Below are positions 19,831-29,831 of a stretch of 60,985 nt of DNA, one piece after another; the stretch's first letter is position 1; each line of letters starts with the position of its first letter. Origin of the DNA: Deltaproteobacteria bacterium (GTDB taxonomy: Bacteria > UBA10199 > SPLOWO2-01-44-7). Under the pieces are notes generated by a model. It made no database searches. It had not been told where the DNA came from and saw only the letters and a program-made list of their open reading frames with translations. The translations under genes and the position numbers were made by a program. The stretch is taken from contig JAUSII010000116.1 in NCBI GenBank assembly GCA_030648035.1, positions 1 to 60,985 on the forward strand, given 5' to 3'.

Positions 19831-20580
19831 ATGAGTGAAACACTCCTGATTGCTTTTGGGTTGTCGGTGCTGTTGATGGCCCTCAATTTTTTTGCGCCAC
19901 GATTGCGCCGCATCCCCTTCATCCCGGAACATGCCACCACCTCTTTCATCGGAGGTTTCTCCGTCGCCTTTGTCTTTCTGGAACTTCTTCCCGGTCTGGC
20001 AGAACATGGCAAAACGATTGGCACACTCCTCTCCGAAACGGGCACCATCACCCCGATCAAAGATCTTCTTATCTATATCGTTGGACTCGCCGGCTTTCTC
20101 ACTTTTTTTGGTCTTGAAAAACTGGCCCAGCGTAAAAAAGAGATGCGGGTCGCCCCCAAAAAAATGGACTTTCTGCTCCACCTTTTGGCTATGGGAGTGG
20201 CCAACACCCTCATGACCTATACCCTTCCGATCAACGTGGAGGCCGAGGGATTTTCGTTTGCTCTTTTGTTCACCCTCGTGATGGGACTCCATTTCATCGT
20301 CGTCGATCGGACCATGGAGCGGCATTTTCCAAACCAGTTTCATTCCTTTGGCCGTTTTTTTCTGATGGCCAGTATTTTGCTGGGATGGATACTCGCTTAT
20401 ATCACTGAACCCGACGATGTTTATATTGTGGCCATGCTGACCGCTTTTATCGGCGGCTCGGTTTTGTTGAACGCCTTCAAGGAAGAGATCTCTCTCTCAC
20501 ACAAAACCAGTTTTCACTGGTTTCTGGCCGGCAGTGTTTTTGGCACACTGCTTCTGGTACTGATTACAAAATCCATTTGA
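19831..20580 (+). CDS. Multi-pass membrane protein
   Basis: About 7-8 hydrophobic segments; GGFSVAFVFLELLP and AFIGGSVLLNAFKEE suggest a ZIP-like fold. Confidence 0.75.
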   Translation: MSETLLIAFGLSVLLMALNFFAPRLRRIPFIPEHATTSFIGGFSVAFVFLELLPGLAEHGKTIGTLLSETGTITPIKDLLIYIVGLAGFLTFFGLEKLAQRKKEMRVAPKKMDFLLHLLAMGVANTLMTYTLPINVEAEGFSFALLFTLVMGLHFIVVDRTMERHFPNQFHSFGRFFLMASILLGWILAYITEPDDVYIVAMLTAFIGGSVLLNAFKEEISLSHKTSFHWFLAGSVFGTLLLVLITKSI

Positions 20581-20610
20581 TTTTTCTGTGGGGAACACCT
20601 AAAGAGCCCC

Positions 20611-22308
20611 ATGGCTAATACAAATGAAGAACCGGTAAAAATCATTTTTTCGATGGGCAAGGTCAGCCGGATTTATCCCCCCAAAAAACAGGTCTTGAAA
20701 GATATTTCGCTCGGGTTTTATTACGGCGCCAAGATTGGCGTGCTCGGGTTGAACGGCTCCGGCAAAAGTTCTCTTTTGAAAATCATCGCCGGTGTCGACA
20801 CCGAATATCAGGGGACTTTGAGCTGGGCCAAGGGTTACACCGTCGGCTTTCTGGAACAGGAGCCTGCACTCGACCCGAATAAAACCGTCAAAGAGATTGT
20901 TCAAGAGGGGGCCGAAGAGACGGTCAACCTTCTCAAGGAATTTGAAGAGATCAACAACGCCTTCGCCAATCCGATGAGCGACGACGAGATGAACAAACTT
21001 CTCGACCGCCAGGCCAAGGTGCAGGAAAAACTCGATCAGACCAACGCATGGGAACTCGACTCCAAACTGGAACTCGCGATGGATGCCCTGCGTTGCCCGC
21101 CGCCTGATGCAAAAATTTCAGAAATTTCCGGTGGAGAAAAAAGGCGCGTGGCGCTTTGCCGTTTGCTTCTCAAAGAGCCTGATGTGCTTTTGCTCGATGA
21201 ACCGACCAATCATCTCGACGCCGAATCGGTCTGGTGGCTGGAGCGTCATCTTCAGCAATACAAGGGAACCGTCATCGCCGTCACCCACGACCGCTATTTT
21301 CTGGACAATGTGGCCCAATGGATTCTGGAACTCGACCGCGGCCACGGCATTCCATGGAAAGGCAATTACTCCTCGTGGCTTCAGCAAAAAGAGGAGCGCC
21401 TCGCGCACGAAGAGAAAAGCGATCAGAAACGTCTCAAAACATTGGAGCGCGAACTGGAATGGATTCGCCAATCGCCTTCGGCCCGCAGAGCCAAGAGCAA
21501 AGCCCGCATCACCAACTATGAAAATCTGTTGAGTCAGGAGCGCGAAAAACTCGACGAAGAGATGGAAATTTATATTCCACCCGGTCCCAGATTGGGCGCC
21601 AGTGTCATCGAGGCGCAAAATGTTTCTAAGGCCTTTGGCGACAATCTTCTTTTTGAAAATTTGAATTTTTCACTTCCGCAGGGCGGCATCGTCGGCGTCA
21701 TCGGACCCAACGGCGCCGGCAAAACCACACTCTTCAAGATGATCATGGGGATGGAGAAACCCGACGGCGGCACTTTTAAAGTGGGAGAGACGGTGAAGCT
21801 GGGCTACGTCGACCAGAATCGTTTTGCTCCGGATGACAAACGGAATGTGTGGGAATGTATTTCCGGCGGCGCAGAGACGATCAAACTGGGCCATCGTGAA
21901 ATCAATTCGCGCGCGTATGTCGCCCGCTTTAATTTTTCCGGCACTGATCAGCAAAAACCGATCGCCGTTTTGTCGGGAGGCGAGAGAAACCGCGTTCATC
22001 TCTCGATGACACTCAAAGACCCGGGCAACGTGTTGCTTCTTGATGAACCGACCAACGATCTCGACATCAACACCTTGCGCGCGCTCGAAGTGGCGCTGGA
22101 AAATTTTGGCGGATGTGCCGTCATCATCAGCCACGATCGCTGGTTTCTGGATCGCATCGCCACGCACATTCTGGCGTTTGAAGGAGATTCGCAGGTCGTC
22201 TGGTTCGACGGCAACTTCGCCGAATACGAGGCCGACCGCCACAAACGCCTCGGCGCCGAAGCCGATCAGGTGCATCGCATCCACTACAAAAAATTGAAGA
22301 GAAACTAG
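20611..22308 (+). CDS. ettA: ABC-F energy-dependent translational throttle EttA
   Basis: GAKIGVLGLNGSGKS, two ABC domains, ELEWIRQSP linker, YIPPGPRLG. Confidence 0.95.
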   Translation: MANTNEEPVKIIFSMGKVSRIYPPKKQVLKDISLGFYYGAKIGVLGLNGSGKSSLLKIIAGVDTEYQGTLSWAKGYTVGFLEQEPALDPNKTVKEIVQEGAEETVNLLKEFEEINNAFANPMSDDEMNKLLDRQAKVQEKLDQTNAWELDSKLELAMDALRCPPPDAKISEISGGEKRRVALCRLLLKEPDVLLLDEPTNHLDAESVWWLERHLQQYKGTVIAVTHDRYFLDNVAQWILELDRGHGIPWKGNYSSWLQQKEERLAHEEKSDQKRLKTLERELEWIRQSPSARRAKSKARITNYENLLSQEREKLDEEMEIYIPPGPRLGASVIEAQNVSKAFGDNLLFENLNFSLPQGGIVGVIGPNGAGKTTLFKMIMGMEKPDGGTFKVGETVKLGYVDQNRFAPDDKRNVWECISGGAETIKLGHREINSRAYVARFNFSGTDQQKPIAVLSGGERNRVHLSMTLKDPGNVLLLDEPTNDLDINTLRALEVALENFGGCAVIISHDRWFLDRIATHILAFEGDSQVVWFDGNFAEYEADRHKRLGAEADQVHRIHYKKLKRN

Positions 22309-22332
22309 GCATGTTTGTGTTATAAAGCGTGC

Positions 22333-22749
22333 ATGCCCAACTTTCCGGTCTCCCCGGCCAAACAACTGGCGTTGTCGGAATCGATGAAGCAATATAATGT
22401 TCACGAGGCCGACCTCGAGGAGAATTTTATTCGCGGTTCCGGCTCCGGTGGACAAAAAATCAACAAAACCTCGTCTTGCGTTCAGCTTCTGCACCTTCCC
22501 AGCGGCATCGAGGTGCGATGCCAGGCCACGCGCTCGCAGGCGATGAACCGTTTTTTCGCGCGCAGACTTCTGGTCGAAAAAATTGCCAACATTGTGGAGG
22601 GCAAAAAGAGCGCCGAGCAACAGCGCTTTGAAAAAATCCGCAGACAAAAACGCCGCCGCTCCAAACGGGCCAAAGAAAAAATGTTGGGAGAAAAAAAACA
22701 TGTCTCCAAAAAAATTCAGCGCAGGCGTGTTTCAGAAAATGATTTTTAA
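22333..22749 (+). CDS. RF-1 domain peptidyl-tRNA hydrolase (ArfB/C12orf65-like rescue factor)
   Basis: GSGSGGQKINKT GGQ motif, RSQ..NR, long basic C-terminal tail. Confidence 0.88.
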   Translation: MPNFPVSPAKQLALSESMKQYNVHEADLEENFIRGSGSGGQKINKTSSCVQLLHLPSGIEVRCQATRSQAMNRFFARRLLVEKIANIVEGKKSAEQQRFEKIRRQKRRRSKRAKEKMLGEKKHVSKKIQRRRVSENDF

Positions 22750-24053
22750 GAAGTGACAGACCCCGTCTTTGCCCGAACACTCTCCGCCCCCTGTGTATCC
22801 CCAAGTTCTGTAAAAATCGCCAAGGCCTCTCCCAAAAGGATGGCGCAGGTTAATTGGATATTTGCAAATGTCGCGGCAGAAAAAGTTTGCGTCGACAAGT
22901 GGCGTTCCCGATACAAGACAGCGGCAAGTAATTTCGTTTCAGCCTGCATGCGCCTCACTTCTTGCGAGAAATAATGCATTTCCAAAGAGTCGATTTTTGC
23001 CGCCATCTCTTCAGCCTTTTGAAAATAACCACAGGCCAACTTCAAAAAACTGGGCGGAAGATGGGGAAGATCGGACACCAGACGATAAAGAACTCTCCCC
23101 GCTTCATAATTTAAAATCGCAACATCTTGTGCGTCCTTTTTGCGTTCCCGAATGGTCATCCATTCCATAAATATGGAGAAGGCATTCAACATGACAAGAA
23201 GAGTCCCCTTTTCTGCGGCGGCTTTGGACAATTGTTGCATCTGTATAAAATCCGATTTGAAAATCAATTCTGAAGCACGGACATATTGTCTGCGCTCCAT
23301 ATAGGCCCTGGCAAGCATCCGATACATCATGACAATATTTTGCAGATGTTGCGACGGATTGAGAAATCCAAGCACTTCAGTCATATTTTTTTCAGCCTCA
23401 TCGTAATTATCAAGCAGAACTTCCACATGGGCAAGCGAAGTCAAAAAACTAAGCAGTTTGACTGGTTGCACTCCCTCACGCGCTTCACGAATGACATTCA
23501 TGGCCAGCGTTCTGGCAAATTGGAGAGACTCCAAAGCCCTCTCCCGATTTTCCCCAAAAGACTCCAGATATTTTGCCCGAAAAATCAAAAAATGAAGGGC
23601 CGCGTCTTTCTCATCTTTATGCAATGCAATGGCTATCAACTTCCGGCAGATTTCCGGAATATATTCTCCCGCCACTTGTTTAAGATTGGCGTTTGGATCA
23701 TTCGATGCAATTTCGCTGTAGCGTTCGAATGCCTCCACACCTTTTTTTAAAACAGCTTCGTCTTCCGATGCCGCTGCATCTTTGATCATCTTTTCAAACG
23801 AAGGAATGATAGCGGCCGCCAATGCAGAGGCGTTAACCGCAGGAGAGAAAGAAACAGGAGAGGACAAAAAAAGAGGGGCATATACCGGCTGTGTGCGGGG
23901 CTGCTGAAGCTCGCGCAAACGGCGGAGGTCATCAATCATCCAAGCTTCAGGAATAGTGTCATCGGGAGCCACCATTAAAAGGGAATCAAGAACACCCGTG
24001 CAAATGGAGGCAAAAGGAACAACCGATAAAGCAACATCATTAAAAAGGGCCAT
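22746..24053 (-). CDS. Helical/TPR-like hypothetical protein
   Basis: Long ORF with amphipathic helical repeats; start set at MALFNDVALS, downstream of the promoter motif. Confidence 0.7.
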   Translation of the reverse strand: MALFNDVALSVVPFASICTGVLDSLLMVAPDDTIPEAWMIDDLRRLRELQQPRTQPVYAPLFLSSPVSFSPAVNASALAAAIIPSFEKMIKDAAASEDEAVLKKGVEAFERYSEIASNDPNANLKQVAGEYIPEICRKLIAIALHKDEKDAALHFLIFRAKYLESFGENRERALESLQFARTLAMNVIREAREGVQPVKLLSFLTSLAHVEVLLDNYDEAEKNMTEVLGFLNPSQHLQNIVMMYRMLARAYMERRQYVRASELIFKSDFIQMQQLSKAAAEKGTLLVMLNAFSIFMEWMTIRERKKDAQDVAILNYEAGRVLYRLVSDLPHLPPSFLKLACGYFQKAEEMAAKIDSLEMHYFSQEVRRMQAETKLLAAVLYRERHLSTQTFSAATFANIQLTCAILLGEALAIFTELGDTQGAESVRAKTGSVTS

Positions 24054-24063
24054 AACCCTATTC

Positions 24064-24090
24064 TCTTCGGCAAGTAACAAAAAAAGTTGC
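24064..24090 (-). promoter_or_regulatory. Putative alternative-sigma promoter (GCAAC-N16-CGAAGA)
   Basis: GCAAC TTTTTTTGTTACTTGC CGAAGA, 10 nt before ATG 24053. Confidence 0.65.
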
Positions 24091-24378
24091 TTAGCCAAGA
24101 CCCAGTTTCATTCCAGATGCCAACTGGCCGAATTTTTTGGCGGCCTGTTCCAAGGCATCGTTGGAAGCGTTGCGAATCGCCTCCACCAGCACATCGGTGC
24201 TGACGTCGGTCTTTAAAATACGAATCTGGCCGATCTTGTTTTTTTTCATATCCATCGTCACTTCGGCAATCTGTTTGGAATCGGTGGCAACCACCGGATC
24301 TTTGGACAACTCCTCCATCATCTTCATCAGCTCTTTGCGCTGTTTGAACATCTCTTTTCCCTGTTTGAATAAATTCAT
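24091..24378 (-). CDS. YbaB/EbfC-family nucleoid-associated protein (divergent)
   Basis: MNLFKQGKEMFKQ..ELM...EVTMD....I.I...LVEAIRNASNDALEQA; AAGGAGG RBS. Confidence 0.7.
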   Translation of the reverse strand: MNLFKQGKEMFKQRKELMKMMEELSKDPVVATDSKQIAEVTMDMKKNKIGQIRILKTDVSTDVLVEAIRNASNDALEQAAKKFGQLASGMKLGLG

Positions 24379-24627
24379 CTGAAGCCTCCTTTTCAAAGCC
24401 TTATGACTGATCGCAGACAAACCTGTCAACAATTCTCTCATAACATACTGACACCGACAAAATCTTCCGCGTGCTGGCCAAAAAAGGGTATTCGGGTACG
24501 CTATTAAATTTGGGTCGGACCCAAATTTATAGCTCGCCTCTCAGACATTTTATTTTTTTATCCCGGCCGATAAAATGTCTTCCGAGACGCCCCTCATACC
24601 TCTTTTTTCGCCAGCACGCGAAAGATT

Positions 24628-24655
24628 TTGACCGTATATTTATACAAACTATAAA
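24628..24655 (+). promoter_or_regulatory. Sigma70-like promoter
   Basis: TTGACC-N16-TATAAA, placing +1 near 24662. Confidence 0.5.
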
Positions 24656-24661
24656 TTTTGT

Positions 24662-24871
24662 CAGTTCGAAGTGCTTCTGTGAAGGAAAGCGAGAGAAAGT
24701 GATTGGGAGGGCAAGCTGTCGGTTGTCAAGACCCAGCTTTGCTGGGTCGCGAAGCAAACTCGCAGAGTGTGCGGAGTTTCAATCAACCGACCCAAACCGA
24801 ACAGCGGCCTCCCAAAGACCTTCTCTCGCTTTCCGTTACGGTTGTCGGAGAAAAATGCTGTGGACGAACTT
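24662..24871 (+). ncRNA. Unidentified long structured RNA (6S-like rod or leader)
   Basis: Nested pairings AGTTCG/CGAACT, GGAAAGCGAGAGAA/TTCTCTCGCTTTCC (14 bp perfect), TTGGGAGG/CCTCCCAA, GTCGGTTG/CAACCGAC, plus apical hairpins GACCCAGC/GCTGGGTC and AAACTC/GAGTTT. Confidence 0.5.
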
Positions 24872-24919
24872 CAATTTACGCGATATGTGCGCTTCACATT
24901 CTAAAAAGGAGAAAAATTT

Positions 24920-25978
24920 ATGAAACTTTTAAAAGAGCTGACCGAAGCGTTTGGACCTCCCGGATTTGAAGATGAAATTCGCACCGTTGTTTTGCGCGAG
25001 CTTAAAGGTCTGGCTGATGATGTTCAGATCGACAAGATGGGAAGCGTTATTGCCCTCAAAAAAGCGACCGCCGGATCCAAAAAGAAACCTCTTAAAATCA
25101 TGCTGGCCGGCCACATGGATGAAATCGGTTTTGTCGTCAAACATATCGACAGCAACGGCTTTCTGCGCCTCAATCCGCTCGGTGGCTTTGACCCCAAGAC
25201 ACTCATCGCCAAACGGGTGATGGTGAAGGCCAAAAACGGCAAAAAAATGCACGGCGTGATCGGCACAAAACCGATTCATATCATGAGCAACGAAGAAAAA
25301 ACAAAAATGCCGCAACTCAAAGATCTCTTTGTCGATCTGGGATTGCCCGGAAACGAAGTGAAAAAAAATATTGAAATTGGAGCACCCGTGACACTATCCC
25401 AGGAATTTGTCGAATATGGCAATTTTGTCTCGTGCAAATCGCTCGACAACCGCATTGCCGTCTGGACGCTGGTGCGCGCCCTGCAAAAGATCAACGGAAA
25501 AAAATTGAATAGCGATGTCTATGCCGTCTTCACCACGCAGGAAGAAGTGGGGATACGGGGTGCCACGGCATCGGCCTATGGCATCGATCCCGATGTCGGG
25601 GTTGCCATCGACATCACCATCGCCTGCGACATGCCCGACATTTCTGATCACGAGCATGTGACAAAACTGGGCAGCGGAACGGCCATCAAAATCTGCGACG
25701 GATACACCATCAGCAATCCCAAAATGGTTTCGTTTTTGAAAAAGTTGGCGGAGAAAAAGAAAATCAAATACCAGTATGAAATTTTGCCGCAAGGCGGGAC
25801 CGATGCGGGCGGAATACAGAAAGCCAAAGCGGGAGTGCCGGTCGTCACCCTCTCGCTCCCCACGCGCTATGTGCACAGCGTGGTGGAATCGGCCGACAAA
25901 AAAGATTTGCAAGCCACCGTCGATCTTCTGGCCGCATTTCTATTGGAAGCCCACGAAGGCGATTTTTCGTATAGTTGA
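24920..25978 (+). CDS. M42-family aminopeptidase
   Basis: AGHMDEIG, SLDNR, QEEVGIRGA, GGTDAG, PTRYVHS. Confidence 0.95.
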   Translation: MKLLKELTEAFGPPGFEDEIRTVVLRELKGLADDVQIDKMGSVIALKKATAGSKKKPLKIMLAGHMDEIGFVVKHIDSNGFLRLNPLGGFDPKTLIAKRVMVKAKNGKKMHGVIGTKPIHIMSNEEKTKMPQLKDLFVDLGLPGNEVKKNIEIGAPVTLSQEFVEYGNFVSCKSLDNRIAVWTLVRALQKINGKKLNSDVYAVFTTQEEVGIRGATASAYGIDPDVGVAIDITIACDMPDISDHEHVTKLGSGTAIKICDGYTISNPKMVSFLKKLAEKKKIKYQYEILPQGGTDAGGIQKAKAGVPVVTLSLPTRYVHSVVESADKKDLQATVDLLAAFLLEAHEGDFSYS

Positions 25979-25986
25979 GAGATAAA

Positions 25987-26427
25987 ATGAAAAAAATATT
26001 TTGGCTCATATTGGGAATTTTAGTGATTACTTCGCCCGCATTCGCCGAACCATCCACCCAATGCACATTGAAGTTCGACATGACAACGCGGCCCATGTTT
26101 TTCACGCGTGGCAAGGGGACGGGCACCATCACCTGCGACAGTGGAGAGACGGCTAATATAATCGTGCGAGCCTATGGCGGATGGGTGACGTTGTTCCAAA
26201 AGAAAGGCATCGACGGCAACGGAACCTTTTCAAAGGTGGAGGATATCTCCAAATTATACGGGAGCTATACCGATTCTCAAACGACCGCGGGCCACTCGGG
26301 AGCTCTGGTCAAAACACCCATCGTCTGGAAGCGCAACATCTCGCTTCAATTTTCAGGGACTCCCAAAGGCTGGAACCCCGGCGCATCGATGGGCGAGTTC
26401 CGCATTCTTCCTGCCGAGAAAAAATAA
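25987..26427 (+). CDS. Secreted hypothetical protein
   Basis: Signal peptide ending SPAFA; CTL.F...GKGTGTITC. Confidence 0.75.
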   Translation: MKKIFWLILGILVITSPAFAEPSTQCTLKFDMTTRPMFFTRGKGTGTITCDSGETANIIVRAYGGWVTLFQKKGIDGNGTFSKVEDISKLYGSYTDSQTTAGHSGALVKTPIVWKRNISLQFSGTPKGWNPGASMGEFRILPAEKK

Positions 26428-26428
26428 T

Positions 26429-27091
26429 TTATAATTTTTGAATCAGCTCGAGAGTGATTTTATCCAACCGGGTGACAACCGCATCCGCCATGGAGAGATC
26501 CTGAAAGGCCGGCATCATCGAGTTTTCAACGCCGATGGCTTTCATCCCTGCCCTCTTTGCCGCAGTGATGCCGTGGGTCGAATCTTCCAGCACAAGGCAC
26601 TCCCGGGGTTCCAATCCCAACTTTTTGGCGGCGGAAAGAAAAACATCGGGAGCGGGTTTGGGATTTTTTACATCACTGCCGGTAACGATGGTGTCAAAAT
26701 AATTTTCAAGCTGAAACTGTTTCAAAATAACATCGGCATATTCCTTAAGACCGGAAGTTGCCAATGCCGTTTTCATCTTCCAACGTTTCGCATTTTTCAA
26801 AATGGCATCCATCCCCGGCATCGGGCCGACGCCTTTGGCAACCAGCCCCATGAAATGCCGGTTGCGCGCCGCCGTAAATTCGTTGAGCCCCACTTTCAAT
26901 TGAAAATGGTGAATCAGAAGTTCCATGATCTCGCGGATGCGCATGCCGTAAAATTTTTGGGTCAGGTGGGGCGAAACCTCGGCGCTGGTTTTTCCGAAAG
27001 CCGCCAGGGCCATGTCATTCGCGGCAAAATGGATTGCGGCACTGTTGATGAGTAGATCATCCATATCGAAGAGAATGGCGGCAATCGTCAT
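26429..27091 (-). CDS. HAD-family phosphatase
   Basis: FDMDDLLINS, KPAPDVF, LEDS..G. Confidence 0.93.
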   Translation of the reverse strand: MTIAAILFDMDDLLINSAAIHFAANDMALAAFGKTSAEVSPHLTQKFYGMRIREIMELLIHHFQLKVGLNEFTAARNRHFMGLVAKGVGPMPGMDAILKNAKRWKMKTALATSGLKEYADVILKQFQLENYFDTIVTGSDVKNPKPAPDVFLSAAKKLGLEPRECLVLEDSTHGITAAKRAGMKAIGVENSMMPAFQDLSMADAVVTRLDKITLELIQKL

Positions 27092-27648
27092 TGCAGGGCC
27101 TCATAGCGAACCTCGACAATCTCGATCTCGCGCGGGCCCTTGGGTGAGCGAAATGAAACGACATCCCCCTCCCCCTTTTTGAGAATGGCTTTGGCGAGCG
27201 GCGACACCCAGCTGATGTGGTTTTTTTCAAAATCGATTTCATCCACGCCGACAATCGAATAGGTTTTTAAACTTCCCTCTTCGTCTTTGAGAACCACCGT
27301 GGCCCCGAAAAAAATCTGGTCTGATTTTCTTTTGGAAGGGTCGACCACCTCGGCCGCATCGAGCCGTTTGGTCAAAAAGCGGATGCGCCGGTCGATTTCA
27401 CGAAGCCGACGCTTGCCATAAATATAATCGGCATTTTCGGAGCGATCTCCATTGCCCGCGGCCCACGCCACTGTGGCCGTCATCTCCGGTCGCTTCTTAT
27501 AAAGAAGCTCGTGCAACTCTTCTTTAAGGCGTTTGAATCCGCCGGGCGTAATATAATTTTTGGATCCGGCGGGAATCGCAGGTTCTTCAATCTCCGGCTC
27601 TTCCTCTTCATGCGATCCGTCGCCCTCTTTGATGAATGCTTTACTCAT
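27088..27648 (-). CDS. greB: Transcription elongation factor GreB
   Basis: NYITPGG, WAAGNGDRSENADYIYGKRRLREIDRRIRFL, ISWVSPLAKA. Confidence 0.96.
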   Translation of the reverse strand: MSKAFIKEGDGSHEEEEPEIEEPAIPAGSKNYITPGGFKRLKEELHELLYKKRPEMTATVAWAAGNGDRSENADYIYGKRRLREIDRRIRFLTKRLDAAEVVDPSKRKSDQIFFGATVVLKDEEGSLKTYSIVGVDEIDFEKNHISWVSPLAKAILKKGEGDVVSFRSPKGPREIEIVEVRYEALQ

Positions 27649-27676
27649 AATTATTTCCCTGACATTCTTTGGCCCG

Positions 27677-27961
27677 ATGAAAAAACAAAAATGGTTCGTC
27701 TATATTCTTAAGTGCGGCGACAAATCATTATACACTGGCATCACCAATGATCTCAAACGCCGTCTTTTGCAACACAACAACGGCAGTGGAGCGCGTTACA
27801 CCCGAAGTCGCCTTCCTGTGAAACTTGTCTATTCCGAAACGGCAAAGAGCCGTGGGGCGGCACTCACACGCGAGTGGGAGATCAAGAAGCTGACGCGGAG
27901 CCAAAAGAAAAAACTGGCCGTTTGCAACCGACCGCGTCGAGCCTCTGTTCGGCCCGGGTGA
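27677..27961 (+). CDS. GIY-YIG nuclease (UPF0213/YhbQ-like)
   Basis: FVYILKCGDKSLYTGITNDL.RRL.QHN.G.GARYT. Confidence 0.92.
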   Translation: MKKQKWFVYILKCGDKSLYTGITNDLKRRLLQHNNGSGARYTRSRLPVKLVYSETAKSRGAALTREWEIKKLTRSQKKKLAVCNRPRRASVRPG

Positions 27962-29831
27962 CCGCAACATAAAGCAGATTGCGCTCTTCTTCGCTGGTCA
28001 GTTTATAATTTTCTTCGGAGGGTTCCACGATCAGCACATTTCTGAATTCCAGACCCTTCACCTGATGCACATTGGTGACGGTGACTCCGGGAGAAAAATC
28101 AAACTGGTCGCGATGCCCCAATCGAACGGATGGATATCCCAACTTTCGCAGTTCCTCCACCAGCTTCTGCGCCTCTTTGGGCCAACGGCAGATGACCGAT
28201 GAGAGCGCGTGCGGATTTTCCTTGAGCCGCGCCCCAATCCATTGACCAACGAGGTTGGGCAAAACCTGCGGCCCTTCGGCGCGGATGAACGTGGGCGATG
28301 GGCCACTGCGCTGTGTGCGCGGCGCTTCCATCGTCCCCGCACCATCACTGCGAAGACGACTCGCCACTTCCATGATCTCTTGCGTGGAACGGTGCGACAC
28401 CGTCAGCGTGATTGGCGTCGTCTCTTCAAAACCGGCATCTTTCAGCATGATCTCCCAGCTGTCGAAGTTGCGCCCCATCACAATTTTTTGCGCGGTGTCG
28501 CCAACCAGCGTCACCGTTCTTTTCTGATCGAGCGCATTAAGCAGAGCCCGAATCTCCATCAGGCCAAAATCCTGAACCTCATCAATCACAATATGATCGC
28601 AAACTCCCAGACTCTTCGAATCCTTCACCGGATAATAGCCGTGCTCAATATAAACCAGGTTGAGCAGAATCGAATCGTCCTGAAAATCAAAGGCCATCTC
28701 TTTGATCTGCTCTTTTAATTGGGAACAAATCGCATCCCATTTTGGAAAAAAGAGATCGAGCGTTGTGAGGTAGTTAAAAAAAACAAAAAGATCGACCAGC
28801 TTGTTTTTTGTTTTTCGGTCTGGAAATTTCTCGACAAATTTAAAAAGATGTTCGAAGCAGACGGCGGAAGATTTGAACATCTCCAGCTCGCGACTCTTTT
28901 TAAAATTACCCGCAGTTCTCACTCCAAAAAGTTCCGTCACAATCTGGTTGGCCCATTGGTGAAACGTGCGAATGGGAACGGCCTTAACGTTGAGTTCGGG
29001 GAGAGTCGTTTGAATATATGTTTTGAGCGAGCGATTGAACATCACCACCAGACATTTCTCCGGCCGCAATCCCCCATTGTCTTTATGTAGAAGCCACGCC
29101 AGCCGATGCAGAGCCACCGTGGTTTTGCCGCTCCCGGCCACGCCCTGTATCACAATCGGCTTGCCCGGATCCCGGGTGATCCACTGAAACTGTTCCGGCG
29201 TGATGAGAGAGAGAATCGGGGGGAGATGACCGTCGTGACGAAAACTTCTGGAGGCCGGTTGCTCTTTGCCCTCTCCCGCTTTCCAACCCTCCTTCTCGCG
29301 GTAGACATTTCCCTGTGCCGTCTCCACCACATGCAGATTTTCCCTTTTTCCCTGATAGGAGCGGCGAAGACCGATGACGCCCTCGCGCTCGCGCCCCTGT
29401 ATCGTTTCAAAAAATTCGTCGCCCTCGCGATAATCATAATAAAGTTTGCTGATGGGGGCCTTGCGCCAGTCGATGATTCGCTGATCGGGAAAACTCTCCG
29501 TCCCCAGACGAAACTCGACCGACTTGTCCCCTTCTTCCGTCACCACGCGCGCGAAGTAGGGTTGTTCTTCCAGACTCTCCAACCCCTCGGTCTTGTTTTT
29601 GCGCAATTTCGAAAGACCGTGCGCCACCGCCTCATCGCTCGCCAATGCGGCTTTGTCCTCATCGCGCCGGCTGGCAACAATCTCCGCAGTCAACTCGCGC
29701 GCGAGCTTGCTGTCCTGATTAAAATCGGAAATGGCGCGGCGAATCTCTTTCACCACTGCGGCGTGCGTCTCCCGCCAGCGTTTGTCTTCTTCCGCGCCTA
29801 TTTCGAGCGCCTCTTTTTCAGTCAGTGCCAT
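27882..29831 (-). CDS. HelD/UvrD-like SF1 ATPase
   Basis: PYFARV, IIDWRKAPIS, QGVAGSGKTTVALHRLAWL, IDEVQD, VKGLEF, LYVAVTRA. Confidence 0.88.
   Translation of the reverse strand: MALTEKEALEIGAEEDKRWRETHAAVVKEIRRAISDFNQDSKLARELTAEIVASRRDEDKAALASDEAVAHGLSKLRKNKTEGLESLEEQPYFARVVTEEGDKSVEFRLGTESFPDQRIIDWRKAPISKLYYDYREGDEFFETIQGREREGVIGLRRSYQGKRENLHVVETAQGNVYREKEGWKAGEGKEQPASRSFRHDGHLPPILSLITPEQFQWITRDPGKPIVIQGVAGSGKTTVALHRLAWLLHKDNGGLRPEKCLVVMFNRSLKTYIQTTLPELNVKAVPIRTFHQWANQIVTELFGVRTAGNFKKSRELEMFKSSAVCFEHLFKFVEKFPDRKTKNKLVDLFVFFNYLTTLDLFFPKWDAICSQLKEQIKEMAFDFQDDSILLNLVYIEHGYYPVKDSKSLGVCDHIVIDEVQDFGLMEIRALLNALDQKRTVTLVGDTAQKIVMGRNFDSWEIMLKDAGFEETTPITLTVSHRSTQEIMEVASRLRSDGAGTMEAPRTQRSGPSPTFIRAEGPQVLPNLVGQWIGARLKENPHALSSVICRWPKEAQKLVEELRKLGYPSVRLGHRDQFDFSPGVTVTNVHQVKGLEFRNVLIVEPSEENYKLTSEEERNLLYVAVTRAEQRLDAVGCKRPVFSFGSASAS

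Noticed and set aside
18818-22701. Long antisense ORFs 18818-19804 and 21670-22701
   Set aside because: They mirror the DEAD-box and ettA genes and have no recognisable motifs.
24662-24871. SRP RNA or DGR TR identity for the structured region
   Set aside because: It lacks the SRP GGAA-tetraloop/GCAGC motif and has no similarity to the VR.
24471-24969. ORFs 24471-24923 and 24703-24969
   Set aside because: No RBS or protein motif; the region is better explained by a promoter and a structured RNA.
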